A DNA stretch of 64,000 nucleotides from Phyllobates terribilis (lineage: Eukaryota), in the NCBI RefSeq assembly GCF_046119375.1, contig NW_027362765.1, positions 156,054,001 through 156,118,000 on the forward strand. Direction: 5' to 3'. The notes beneath the pieces were generated by a model, which saw only the letters and a list, made by a program, of their open reading frames with translations, was not told the origin of the DNA and ran no database searches. This document shows positions 40,901 through 53,600 of this stretch, in pieces; within the stretch, counting starts at the first letter, position 1, and each line of letters opens with the position of its first letter. The translations under genes and the position numbers were made by a program.

Positions 40901-41640
40901 TATATATACATTTACAACGAAGCAGATCTGCTTGCAAGGAAATACTTAGTGTGAATTTTTAATACGTGCAAGATATCCTTCCTCCCTTCATCTGCCAGAA
41001 GCAGAAACACTTGGTTGCCCCTTGGGGTCACGTTGGGGCCCACACCCAAACACCTAAAGCACTTCAATGTCTCAGAAGTGATGAGGTCACATGTGGTTTT
41101 CTCTTTTTTTTTTTTCCTGAAAATCTTCAAGTTTACGGCCTCACATTCCAGAAAGTTCCAGAGATGGGAGTTTTAGCACGGGCGAGCTGGAGTCCCGTTG
41201 TGTTACGTAAAGTCCAGTTATCCACGGAAAGACCCCAGGTCTCCATTCAAATCAGCAGCAGGGGTCTAACACTCCGTCGCTAGATCAAATTTTAGTCTCA
41301 GTTTTGGACTCCATTTTTAAGCCTCATATTGGTTTTGAGGTCCCCTCCCCCCACAAACTCCTCCCGATACAGTTGTGAGGACCACACGTGACATCACCGG
41401 CAGCCAGGCAGCACAGATGGATGCAGCATACAGAACGTGGCAGCACGCAGACGCCATTTCCTTTGACATAGGACATGTTTTGTATTTTTCACAGTAGAGG
41501 GTTAATCACGGGGGGGAAAGGGGGAGGCATGAGCCTGGTATTAACCATTTGCAGCCAAAGGGCTAAAGCAGGCAGAGGTAACAGCCCGTGTAGACAGGCG
41601 TACAGCCATTGGATCCATCACACCACTATGTCTCATGCGC

Positions 41641-44600
41641 TCAGTTGAGTTCACTGTACATTCCCGGCGTTAGTGGTGCGGGGGCTTTGGGTTTCTTCTT
41701 CTTGCTGCCTCCACTACTCATGTTGATGTGGCTTGGCTTTTTCTTCTTGGGTTTCCGCGTATCGGAGTTATTCGTACCTAAGTGTCAGATAACAAGGACA
41801 AGTCAGAATCTGCCGATCGATATCTCTCCATATCATAATACAAAGCTACGGCTGCTTTCTTCCAAAGAAACAGCACCTCCACTGTGCACAGGTCATGTGT
41901 GGTATTACACACCAGCCCCACAGATTAAAACGGACCTTAGTTGCAATGTGGTATCGTTTCTGGAAGAAATCAGCCATGTTTTTTCTAATCCTGTACAGAA
42001 ACAGAAAAAGAAACAGAAACAAAAACAGAAGAAGAAGAAGAAAAAAAAGACGCTCGTTCATAATATGAAAAAAAAACATGGCTGCTATCTTTGCATCACA
42101 TTTATCCAAAGGCTGTGCCTAGTATTACAACTTCGCTCCTCTCACATGAATTCGGCTGAGATGCAAAATGAGGAAGAAAAAAAAACAAAAAAACCCCTCA
42201 TGCACAGCAAGAGACGCTAATTATTTTGGGTTGTCAATGCCATGATATTAGACAGAACTGGTGCCAAAAACAGGTTATCCATATATTTTGGGCATTTTTT
42301 TTTTTGCTGCGATATGCATTTATGGACAAAAAACAAAAATTGTACTTACAAAATAATGATTTATGACAAATAGTTTACTTTTTGTTTTCTGTAGCCTGCA
42401 TTTATTCTAAAACATTGCAGGCTGCTCAATCCCATTTGTGTGAAACTTAGACTTTACGATGATTCACCATCCTACTTTCCTGAATGCTCAGTAGAGCAAA
42501 TATCATTTTTGACTTACATTTATTCTTTTTGATTGTAAAGATATTGGTTGGGATTTATAGGAAACAGAGTGGGGCTACAGACCGAGCAGCCAGAGACCTC
42601 GTCTGATGGAATTCCTACTGAACAGGCCTGAGCAGCTGGTGATGTATGGGAATGCATGCAGGCCATAGATGACAAATAGTTGAAACATTTTTAACAAATC
42701 CCAATTTCAAAAATTATTGGCAGCCAAAAATGCATGCATTTCAACAAAAAACACACCCAAAATAGATGGAATCAGATCGGTTTCAAAGAGCAATAGCTCC
42801 ACTTTTTCTTTATACCAAGTCTGACACATCTTCCCAAATTTTGCTTATAGATCACACATGACATTCATATTCTGTATCTAAAATCTTGTCATGTTTTAAC
42901 AAACTCCAGTTTCTAACATTACTTTTACATTTATCATATAGATACATACATTGAGTCATTTCTAGTCTATCTCCACTTTTATCTCGGTTCTAAGGGGAAG
43001 CGCTTCGCCTTTCAAAGAATGCGAAGCCAGCATAAGGAGACTTATAGGCCATGCAATATGTCGCCATAAATTTAAATATACAAGTAGCCTCTTCAGAGAG
43101 GAAGAGGAATTGAACTTTATCGCTACCTATTGGATGTAGCAATAGTAAAAGTCAATATCGACCCTTCAACAAGCCTTGCCATATGACTTGGGGTAAGAAG
43201 CCAAACCAGAAACTTCATTTGCAGACATGTGTTTCAGGGCCACTGACTGGAGGTCTAAGGGTGAAAGTTTATTCTAGTGGGGAGTGCCAAGCCAGTATAG
43301 GAAGACTTACAGGCCATACAATTCTCTTCTGGGAATTTAAATATGCAAATAGCCTTCTCTAGAGATGAATATCTCTTGAACTCTAGCGCCCACCTATTGG
43401 ACGTAACAATATCAATATCAACCCTTTAACAAGCCTAATTAGATCTCCTGCTTTGAAGGGTCCTGCTTTGAAGGCTCGTTGAAGGGTCGATATTGACTTT
43501 TAGGATTGCTAAATCCAATAGGTGGCGCTAGAGTTCAAGTGCTCTTCCTGTATAAAGTCAGAATTTGCACTATTATCTCTATGCTACATCGCAGGTTATC
43601 AGAAAGTCTGGGAGTGATTACCTGCGCCGCTCACAGTATACCAAGCTGTAAACGCTCCCTGCACACCTTTATTTCTTCCCGGTAGGCATGATTTCAGTAA
43701 TGCAGCCAGGCAGCATTTTAACGCCATTTACCTGCAAATTAACGCTATATCTACAGGTAAATAGCAATTTTTGAATAGGATTCCCTTCGAGCTCATATCT
43801 GCTAACGCATGTCACGTAGCCATTGGATAAAACATCTTACTGGCTTTGGAGGAGGCAGAATCAGATGGAGAGATATCAGATGATCCATCCCACGGCAATC
43901 GACTCATCAACGCCGGTCCTTCCACAATGTCAAAGCTGTCGTTATCTGTACTGCCGTCAGGCTCCGGGAGAGAGCTGTAATAGAAGGGAGAGGGATTCGA
44001 GTGAATGATTGTCAAAGTATCTTTATAGAACGGTTAGGTTATATGTATGACATGTTTGGATATATGAAAAGAACTATGCTGAACCTATATATTTATGAAA
44101 AAAAATTATTACAATTTTCCCAAGAATCAAAAGACAAGTCATTATGTATAAATCAGTGAAGGCCCCACGATCAACAGCACTGGCCTGTGGACTGCAAACC
44201 CCTCACCATTAGTGCCTGCGCCTGATACTGCAGCTAATCCTATGGGAGCATGGCGTCAGTCACGTCAGTATGGATATTGCAGTGCCAGTTACTGCAGTAC
44301 CGGGGCTGTGGGGCTCCAGCAGGTGTTACTGATCACCCCATACGTTAATCCCACCTTACTGCTCATACATGGGTATTCGAGATGAGAAGTTCCATTCACC
44401 CTGCCCTCGTTCAGCCTTCACTTCTGTGCCTGGCATAATGGGCACCTCTGGTGCTCACTACGCCCCATGATGTCATCTACAGGCGGGTCACTAGGCCTCA
44501 CACCATGTCATGATGTACAACATGGACCTACTAAGCAGGCACAGAAGCCCAGGGTGTCGGGTACAGACCAGCTGCCATGGAGGAGTGGACTCAACACAGT

Positions 44601-47600
44601 TTCCAAAAGATAGGCCATCAATGTTACATTACAGAAACCCCCTATAAACATCAAGTGTGATAAGAAAATCTTCGATCGGTGAGAGGCCCAGGGCAATCCA
44701 GGTTCTGGGATCTGAACGAAAATATCTTTTTAATAGTAAACCTTGTATAATGTACCAATTTTGAGCAGTAAATTACACAGAAATCACTTACGCTGAGGAT
44801 CCAAGGAGGTAAACCCTGACTGACCTCCGCTGGTCGTCAGTGTGTTGGGGGCAGCGTAGAGACCTGGTGCACATCTTCTTGGTATGCTCGGATATTACAC
44901 CACATTGCTGGAAATGAGGAGGACACATCATATAATATACATTATATAACCACAAATGTGCGGCACTTGTGACCAAATACTAGTTCTTCAAGAATATAAA
45001 AACCACAAGAACTGGGCATGATGGTGCATGCAGTGCCACACCCCAAGCTGTAAAAGGTGGCATCAGGTTTGCCATCCAAGAGTTTACAAAGCTTCTGCTA
45101 CAACCAGCAGTAACAAGACGTCTGAGGGGGATTTACTGTCGGCACTATTCAGCCGCAGGGTGACCGAGAAGAAAGTCTTCCTGTTTTGGAAACATCTACT
45201 AATAATTTACAAGACCATTTACAGTTTGTTACAGAACTGCAATGTATTTGTTAAAAAAACAACAAAACACAGATGCAATACAAATGTTCCATATGGGACC
45301 CGTTTTTCTGCGCACCCCTAGACTTGAATGGGAGAGTCTGACCCGACATAAAGGANNNNNNNNNNNNNNNNNNNNNNNNNNNNNNNNNNNNNNNNNNNNN
45401 NNNNNNNNNNNNNNNNNNNNNNNNNNNNNNNNNNNNNNNNNNNNNNNNNNNNNNNNNNNNNNNNNNNNNNNNNNNNNNNNNNNNNNNNNNNNNNNNNNNN
45501 NNNNNNNNNNNNNNNNNNNNNNNNNNNNNNNNNNNNNNNNNNNNNNNNNNNNNNNNNNNNNNNNNNNNNNNNNNNNNNNNNNNNNNNNNNNNNNNNNNNN
45601 TTTGGACACACCTTCTATTTAAAGATTTTTCTGTATTTTCATGACTATGAAAATTGTACATTCACATTGAAGGCATCAAAACTATGAATTAACACATGTG
45701 GAATTATATACTTAACAAAAAAGTGTGAAACAACTGAAAATATGTCTTATATTCTAGGTTCTTCAAAGTAGCCACCTTTTGCTTTGATGACTGCTTTGCA
45801 CACTCTTGGCATTCTCTTGATGAGCTTCAAGAGGTAGTCACCGGAAATGGTCTTCCAACAATCTTGAAGGAGTTCCCAGAGATGCTTAGCACTTGTTGGC
45901 CCTTTTGCCTTCACTCGATTGGGTTCAGGTCTGGTGACTGTGGAGGTCAGATCATCTGGTGTAGCACCCCATCACTCTCCATCTTGGTCAAATAGCCCTT
46001 ACACAGCCTGGAGGTGTGTTTGGGGTCATTGTCCTGTTGAAAAATAAATTATGGTCCAACTAAACGCAAACCGGATGGAATAGCATACTGCTGCAAGATG
46101 CTGTGGTAGCCATGCTGGTTCAGTATGCCTTCAATTTTGAATAAATCCCCAACAGTGTCACCAGCAAAGCACCCCCACACCATCACACCTCCCCCTCCAT
46201 GCTTCACAGTTGGAACCAGGCATATAGAGTCCATCCGTTCACCTTTTCTGCGCCACACAGACACGGTGGTTGGAACCAAAGATCTCAAATTTGGACTCAT
46301 CAGACCAAAGCACAGATTTCCACTGGTCTAATGTCCATTTCTTGTGTTCTTTAGCCCAAACAAGTCTCTTCTGCTTGTTGCCTGTCCTTAGCAGCGGTTT
46401 CCTAGCAGCTATTTTACCATGAAGGCCTGCTGCACAAAGTCTCCTCTTAACAGTTGTTGAAGAGATGTGTCTGCTGCTAGAACTCTGTGTGGCATTGACC
46501 TGGTCTCTAATCTGAGCTGCTGTTAACCTGCGATTTCTGAGGCTGGTGACTCGGATAAACTTATCCTCAGAAGCAGAGGTGACTCTTGGTCTTCCTTTCC
46601 TGGGGCGATCCTCATGTGAGCCAATTTCATTGTAGCGCTTGATGGTTTTTGCAACTGCACTTGTGGACACTTTCAAAGTTTTCCCAATTTTTCGCACTGA
46701 CTGACCTTCATTTCTTAAAGTAATGATGGCCACTCGTTTTTCTTTACTTAGCTGCTTTTTTCTTGCCATAATACAAATTCTAACAGTCTATTCAGTAGGA
46801 CTATCAGCTGTGTATCCACCTGACTTCTACACAACACAACTGATGGTCCCAACCCCATTTATAAGGCAAGAAATCCCACTTATTAAACCTGACAGGCACA
46901 CCTGCGAAGTGAAAACCATTTCCGGTGACTACCTCTTGAAGCTCATCAAGAGAATGCCAAGAGTGTGCAAAGCAGTCATCAAAGCAAAAGGTGGCTACTT
47001 TGAAGAACCTAGAATATAAGACATATTTTCAGTTGTTTCACACTTTTTTGTTAAGTATATAATTCCACATGTGTTAATTCATAGTTTTGATGCCTTCAGT
47101 GTGAATGTACAATTTTCATAGTCATGAAAATACAGAAAAATCTTTAAAAGAGAAGGTGTGTCCAAACTTTTGGTCTGTACTGTATGTATTTTTTTTTCAC
47201 TTGCAGACTCGGTCAGTAAAAAAACACAAAACTTATCTGCACAGTTCTATTAAAGAGCATTTGTCCTAGTGCTGTCCACTTTTTTTAATTTCACAGACAG
47301 CACTTGGACAGAAGATAAGCTCCTGTGAATCTACCCTAAAAGTCACAACCCCTTCGGGAAGTTGGAGAGCAGATGAGAGGAAAACTGTCCTCTAGAGCAA
47401 AGGCCCTTTACACAACACAATAAACACACCACCAGAAACCCACTTTAAATAGTCACATCAGATGCATCTTCTCAGTGCACAATGTGGTATATTTATTTTA
47501 CTCACATATAGTGCCATTACTTTCACAGCGCTTTACAAACATCATCAGCACTGTCCCCATTGGGGCTCACAATCTAGATTCCCTATCAGTATGTCTTTGG

Positions 47601-50600
47601 TGTGTGGGAGGAAACCGGAGGACTGGGAGGAAACCCACGCAAACACAGGGAGAACATACAAACTCCTTGCAGATGTTGTCCTTGGTGGAATTTGAACCCA
47701 GGACCCAGCGCTGCAAGGCTGCAGTGTTAACCACTGAGCCACCGTGCTGTTATATGTGATAGGTGTGGGGCTCATCCACCTGGTGATTTGGCACCCTCCA
47801 TTCACTTCCATGGGAGTTCTAGAAACAGACCAGCAGTCACCCACCTCCTTTACCTTGGGGGACTTCTGTGTATGTTCTATATTTATCAGCCATTTATGGA
47901 ATATATTAAATAAATGCCTTAGGTGGGAAGACCCTTTCAAGAAGTACCACAAGGCTTTGTCCTGGCCCCAGTGTTCAACATTTTCATAAATGATCTAGAT
48001 AAGGGAACTGAAGGTAAATTAATCAAATGTGCAGACGATGCAAAGCTAGGAGGGTTAGCTAACACTAAAGACAGAGAAAGGATTCAGAAGGATCTAGAGA
48101 AGCTTGAACAATGGGCAGCGACTAATAGAATGGTATTAAACAGGGAGAAATGCAAGATTCTACATCTGGGCAAGAAAAATGAAAATTACATCTACAGAAT
48201 GGGAGGAATAGAACTAAACAACAGCGGATGTGAAAAAGACTTAGGTATACTAATAGATCATAGACTGAACATGAGTCAACAGTGTGATGCAGCAGCAAAA
48301 AAGGCAAATACAATTCTGGGATGTATAAAGAAAATCATAGAGTCTAGATCACGTGAAGTAATTATCCCCCTCTACTCCTCCTTGGTCAGACCTCATGTGG
48401 AATACTGTGCCCAATCCTGGGCACCACATTTTAAAAAAGACATAAAAAAACTAGAGCAAGTTCAGAGAAGAGCTACCAGAATGGTGAGCGAACTGCAAAG
48501 TATGTCCTACGAGGAACGGTTAAAGGATCTGGAAATGTTTAGCTCGCAAAAAATAAGGCTAAGAGGAGACTTAATAGCTGTCTACAAATATCTCAAGGGC
48601 TGTCACACTGTAGAGGGATCATCCTTATTCTCATTTGAAACATAGAAACACGAGAAACAAGGGAATGAAACTGAATGGGAGAAGATACAGATTAGATATT
48701 AGAAAAAAACTTTTTGACAGTGAGGGTGATCAATGAGTGGAGCTGGCTGCCACTAGAGGTGGTGAGTTCTCCTTCAATGGAAGTCTTCAGAGGCTGGACA
48801 GACATCTGTCGGAGATGATTTAGTGAATCCTGCATTGAGCAGGGGGTTGGACACGATGACCCTGGAGGTCCCCTCCAACTCCCTAACATTCTATGAGTCT
48901 AAGCAAGTGCAAAGCACAAGCGAGGTAGGTAGTGGTATCATCCACCCAGCTGCACAGTGAGCAGAGATACAGGGGAACCATGTAACAAATGACAGGAGCC
49001 TAGAGCTGTGCCTGGTGAACACTGGGGAAGAGACAGGATGGGAAGGAGGGGTAGCAAGGTCGTGATATACACTTACCGTAGTTAAAAGTGTATGTAATTC
49101 TTCTGGACCCAGATTTTCGTAGCTAATCCCTGAACTGCTACTGTACTGCTGTGGAGAACAGAAGGTACGATCAAGACCAAAAACACATTATTCTGCCTGT
49201 TGCCCACCCTTGAGGGTACTCATACCCTGTGAACTTTTCCACATTTTTTTCATGTTACACCCGTAATCTTAAATGTATTTTATGTGATATATCAACAAAA
49301 GGTAGCATCTGAAAATTGTGATGTGCGTTTGTATTCAGCCCCCGAGTCAAAACTTTGTAGGACCACTTTGGGCTGCGAATCTTTTGAGGTATGTCTCTAC
49401 AAGCTTTGCACATAGAGGGTGAAATTTATTCTCACTTTTCTTTTGCAAACTAGCTCCAGCTCAGTGAGATTGGATGAATAACAGTTTGAATTCCCAAATT
49501 CTTCTCTCTGTCGTCCATAAAATTACCTTTTAGTATTAAGACAGAGACAGACGAATTTGGGAATTCAAACTGATAAGGATGTTCAATTCTTTGACAACAG
49601 GACTCCCTTTATTACCTGGATTTATGACCCACTACATGGATACAATTCCCACCTCCACCAGACGGACTCCAGATAGCTAAGGGAACATTCCCAACGCCTC
49701 TCAATTTCTCCATTTGTAACAATCCTAATTTGATTTCCTTGGCTTATCATTAGGAGGCATCACCCCCTCAAACTCATGAAGAAATGTCCTGCTGTAGTAT
49801 CTCTTAAATGATGCGCTTTAATCTTATCAATTCATTTGTAATTCTGCCTGAAAAAGGATCCTCTGTACTCTGAAAGCTTGCAAAAATATATATTTTTTCT
49901 GGTTAGCCAATAAAGGTATCACTCAGAGAATACTTTTGTCATTTTTGGCCATAAAAGTATTTACACTTCACAAATACTTGATACTTTGTGTTGGTATATC
50001 ACATTAAAAAAATTTTTTAGGCTGTGTGCCCACGATGCGTTTAAGCGCTTCCGCAGTGTTAAAAACGCTGCAGAAACGCTTAAAAAACGCTTGGTAGAAG
50101 GCCTGCCATGTCCCCCAATGATAATCCGCATGTGTTGTGCACATGCTGCGGAAATTTCCGCTGCGGATTATCATTGCGGAAAAAAACCCAGCACTACCAA
50201 TTATTTTGCGGAAGTGCTGCGTTTTCGCCGCTATTGACTTGCATTAGACCGCATGTATTCCGCTTCACTAGATAAGCACATGCGGAATCCAAGCGTTCAA
50301 TGTGTGGATGGTACCCGGGTCTAGAGGAGAGGAGACTCTCCTCCGGACCCAGGTACCATAGAAACTGTGAAAAAAGAATAAAATAAAAAATAAATGTTAT
50401 ACTTACCTTCTGACGGCCCCCGCTGCACTCTTCCTTTCATGCCGGCAGATCGCGATGGACTGAAGGACCTGCACTGACGTCATAGTCATGTGACGGGTCA
50501 CGCGATGCTGACGTCGGCAGGTGCTTCAGTGTACCGCTGCCGGCAGCCAGGACGGAGGGAAGCACGACTGCGGGGACCATCAGAGGTTAAGTATACATTT

Positions 50601-53600
50601 ATTTTTTTACCATTCTTTCGGTCACAGTATATAAATCCATGCCGTTTGCATGGATTTATATAGTGTGACCAAGTTGACAAGCACTTTCCAAGTGATGCTA
50701 AAATAGCTTGTCAACCCGCATGCGGAAATGCAAGTGAAGAACGCTTCACATCCACATGTCCCTGGCAGGAAAAACGCATGTACAATCCGCATGTACAATC
50801 CACATGCGTTTTTTCTGCCAGGGAGATGCAGAAACGCTCAGGAAAAAATCCGGAGTATTTCTGCATCGTGGGCACATAGCCTAAAGTTTGTGGGTGTAAA
50901 GTGAAAAAATGTGGAAAAGTTCACAGGGTATGAATACTTTTTCAAGGCACTGTATAGCACCAGAGGCCAAATTGTTAAATGCCCAGAGAGCAGGGCTTCA
51001 TGTATCCAATCACATATGGTAAATGGACACTGATGAAGCTACGTGAAAGCAGCCTAGAACATTAAGGAAAGCTATAAATGTACCTTAAAAGGGTCTGTGC
51101 TTACGGAGAGGTCTCCTATAGGAATCGAAAGAGACAAGAACAGATTGGAAAATAGCTTTTATGACACAAACCCTTAGTGCTGCCACAGAGATCCCCTTCC
51201 CCATTAAGTAGAGTTCTAATGGGGGCAGGAGAAAGGTTGTTGCTTGCTCCATATGTACAACTTACCGTTTTTGTGTTTTATAGATTTCGATCTCCGCGGA
51301 GAGTTTGGATTCTGGAAGATTAATGACATCGTGACCTTATTAATAGCGTGTGAGTAAATCAACAGCAGCAAGTATTATCAATAGCGAAATATTTAATGGC
51401 GGAGGCAGACGTTACTAAATGGGTAGTAGGAGGGCGGCATAATTTTACAGCTTTGTCATTCAGGACTCTAACTGGCTAATAGTCCCATACTGGTGGCCAC
51501 ATCTCCCGTTATCCAGCTTGTCCAGGAACTGATGACCTATGTCTTCAATTGAATGAAGTCGAGCTGAGATACCAGCCCGTGAACAAGAAGGGCGCTGTTT
51601 CACGGGGGAAGGGGAGGATTTCTTTTTAACCCAGTTTTCCATCATTATTTCTAATAGAATGTTCCATACAAGAAAAATCTGCTCAAAAATGATCTTAGCA
51701 CTGGTGAAGTCTTGTTTTTGACCACTAGTTGCAGAATGTAGGGCTCTACAGCGCACTCCTAACTCTTTGGCAAACTAGACAAAAGGCATTTTTTACCTGT
51801 TGAACTCCATCTAGAGTCGCCTCCTATTGACAAGCTGCTGCAGTGTTATTTAATCTACAACAGATGACCACGTCAACCAATCACTTACCTATTACGGATT
51901 AACTTCTTAAAGGGAGTTGTCCACTACTTTATATTACCACCCCCCCCCCCAATGTATCCCCCCGGGGCACCTAAGGATTTTTGTAATTAGCTTACGTTGC
52001 AGATACTGCCTTTGAGCGGCGCTATCACTGGCAGCTCACAGGCATCACGTGACCCCCGGCTGCAGCCGGCTCTCACATCCGCTGACGTCACGACAAATGC
52101 TGGCAGCAGCCGGGCGTCTGTTTTCCGCGTTCCACCGGTGGCTGCTGGGTTGTGAGCAGGGGTTACCCCCACTGCGTCACACCCGGCATCCACCGCGCGC
52201 TCTGCCTCTCCCCATTCATTGGGAAAGCGCGCGGTGGATGCCGGATGTGATGCGGTGGGGGTAACCCCGACCACAACCCAGCAGCCACCGCGGAGACCCC
52301 AGCGCTGAGTCAAGCCTCACTTGTCGTGTCGTCAGCGCGGGGGTCACGTGATGCCTGTGAGCGGCCAAGGATAGCGCCACTCACAGGCATTATCTGCAAC
52401 ATAATGTATTTACAAAAAGTCGTAGGGGCGCCGGGGGATACGTTGGGGGGGGGGGGGATATTATAAAGTAGTGGACAACTTCTTTAATTACCTCCATTTT
52501 TGTCATAAGTCAATAAGGGGTTTATTTAGCAGTTTCAGGAGCTCATCCTGCACCATACCAGGCAGATACTGGCTTTGCTCCAGTCGGTATCTGCAGCGGG
52601 ACGGAGCGCGGTCAGATCACTGTAGCTTAATCACTTAAATACCGCTGTCAAACTCCTGACAGCAGCATAGAACGTAAAGTGAGTGGGGAACTGATGGGTT
52701 ACCAGGGTAGCTGAGGGCCTTCAACTGCCATGTTAGTTCTCCTATGAAGCTCAGCCACAAGCTTAGCTTCATAGGAGAACCACAAATTCTCTATATACTG
52801 CGAACTGTGGTACGGAATGATCACAGGCTGAAATCCCCTATGGGGACTAAAAAAAAAAATTCTGCTTAAAAAAAATTATATATAAAAATATGAATTAACT
52901 CCCCCCTCCCTCATTTGTATAATATCCCAAAAAATGCAATCAAAAAATAAATTAATGAAATTGTAAGCAAAAATTATTGCGGTTAAACAGTTAAAAAAAA
53001 CAAAAAAAAAAATTAGACAAGTTTGGTACCAACAAAATCGGACTGACCTGAAGAATTTTTTTTTTCCGTTTCTGCACAATGTTGGCGTAACCAGCCCCCC
53101 TCCCCCCCAAAAAAAAATAAAAGAATTGCAGCATTGCATGGTTTTTTTTTTTTTTTTGCAATTTCATCACATTTGGAATTTGTTCTCCCATTTTCCACTA
53201 TATTGAATTGTAATATGCATGGGGTCATCCAACACTACAACTTAGCTTGTCTTGCAAAAAACAAGCCTCACATATCGGTGGAAGAATAAGAAAAAAAATT
53301 AAAGGTTGTGGCTCTTGGAAGAACGGGAGGAAAAAACAAATGCACAAAAAAAAATCTGGATCGTTAGGCATTACTGATGAGTGATTGGCTGCAGCGGTTA
53401 TGTGTTATAGATCGGACATTAGTACTGCAGCCTTGTGAGCAGAGACCAGAGGGGCCACAATAGGTAAGTATTGCTTAGGTTGTGATTCTACAGTATTATC
53501 GGACAGTGCCAGTCCCCCAATTTAGTCTGAATGTAGACACCCCTGTAAGTAATCCCACCTAAATATTTTTGTTTGGCTCTGGAACATCTGGTACGGGGCC

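Noticed and set aside
45011-45060. 7SL/Alu-like 5' end (GGGCATGATGGTGCATGC)
   Set aside because: Similarity is short and does not extend.
45229-45661. ORFs containing X runs (also 54086-54392)
   Set aside because: Artefacts of translating through N gaps, apart from the true ATXN7L3 exon 4 portion.
51029-51060. CTGATGA...GAAA hammerhead candidate
   Set aside because: Stem II (AGCTACGT) and stem III do not pair.
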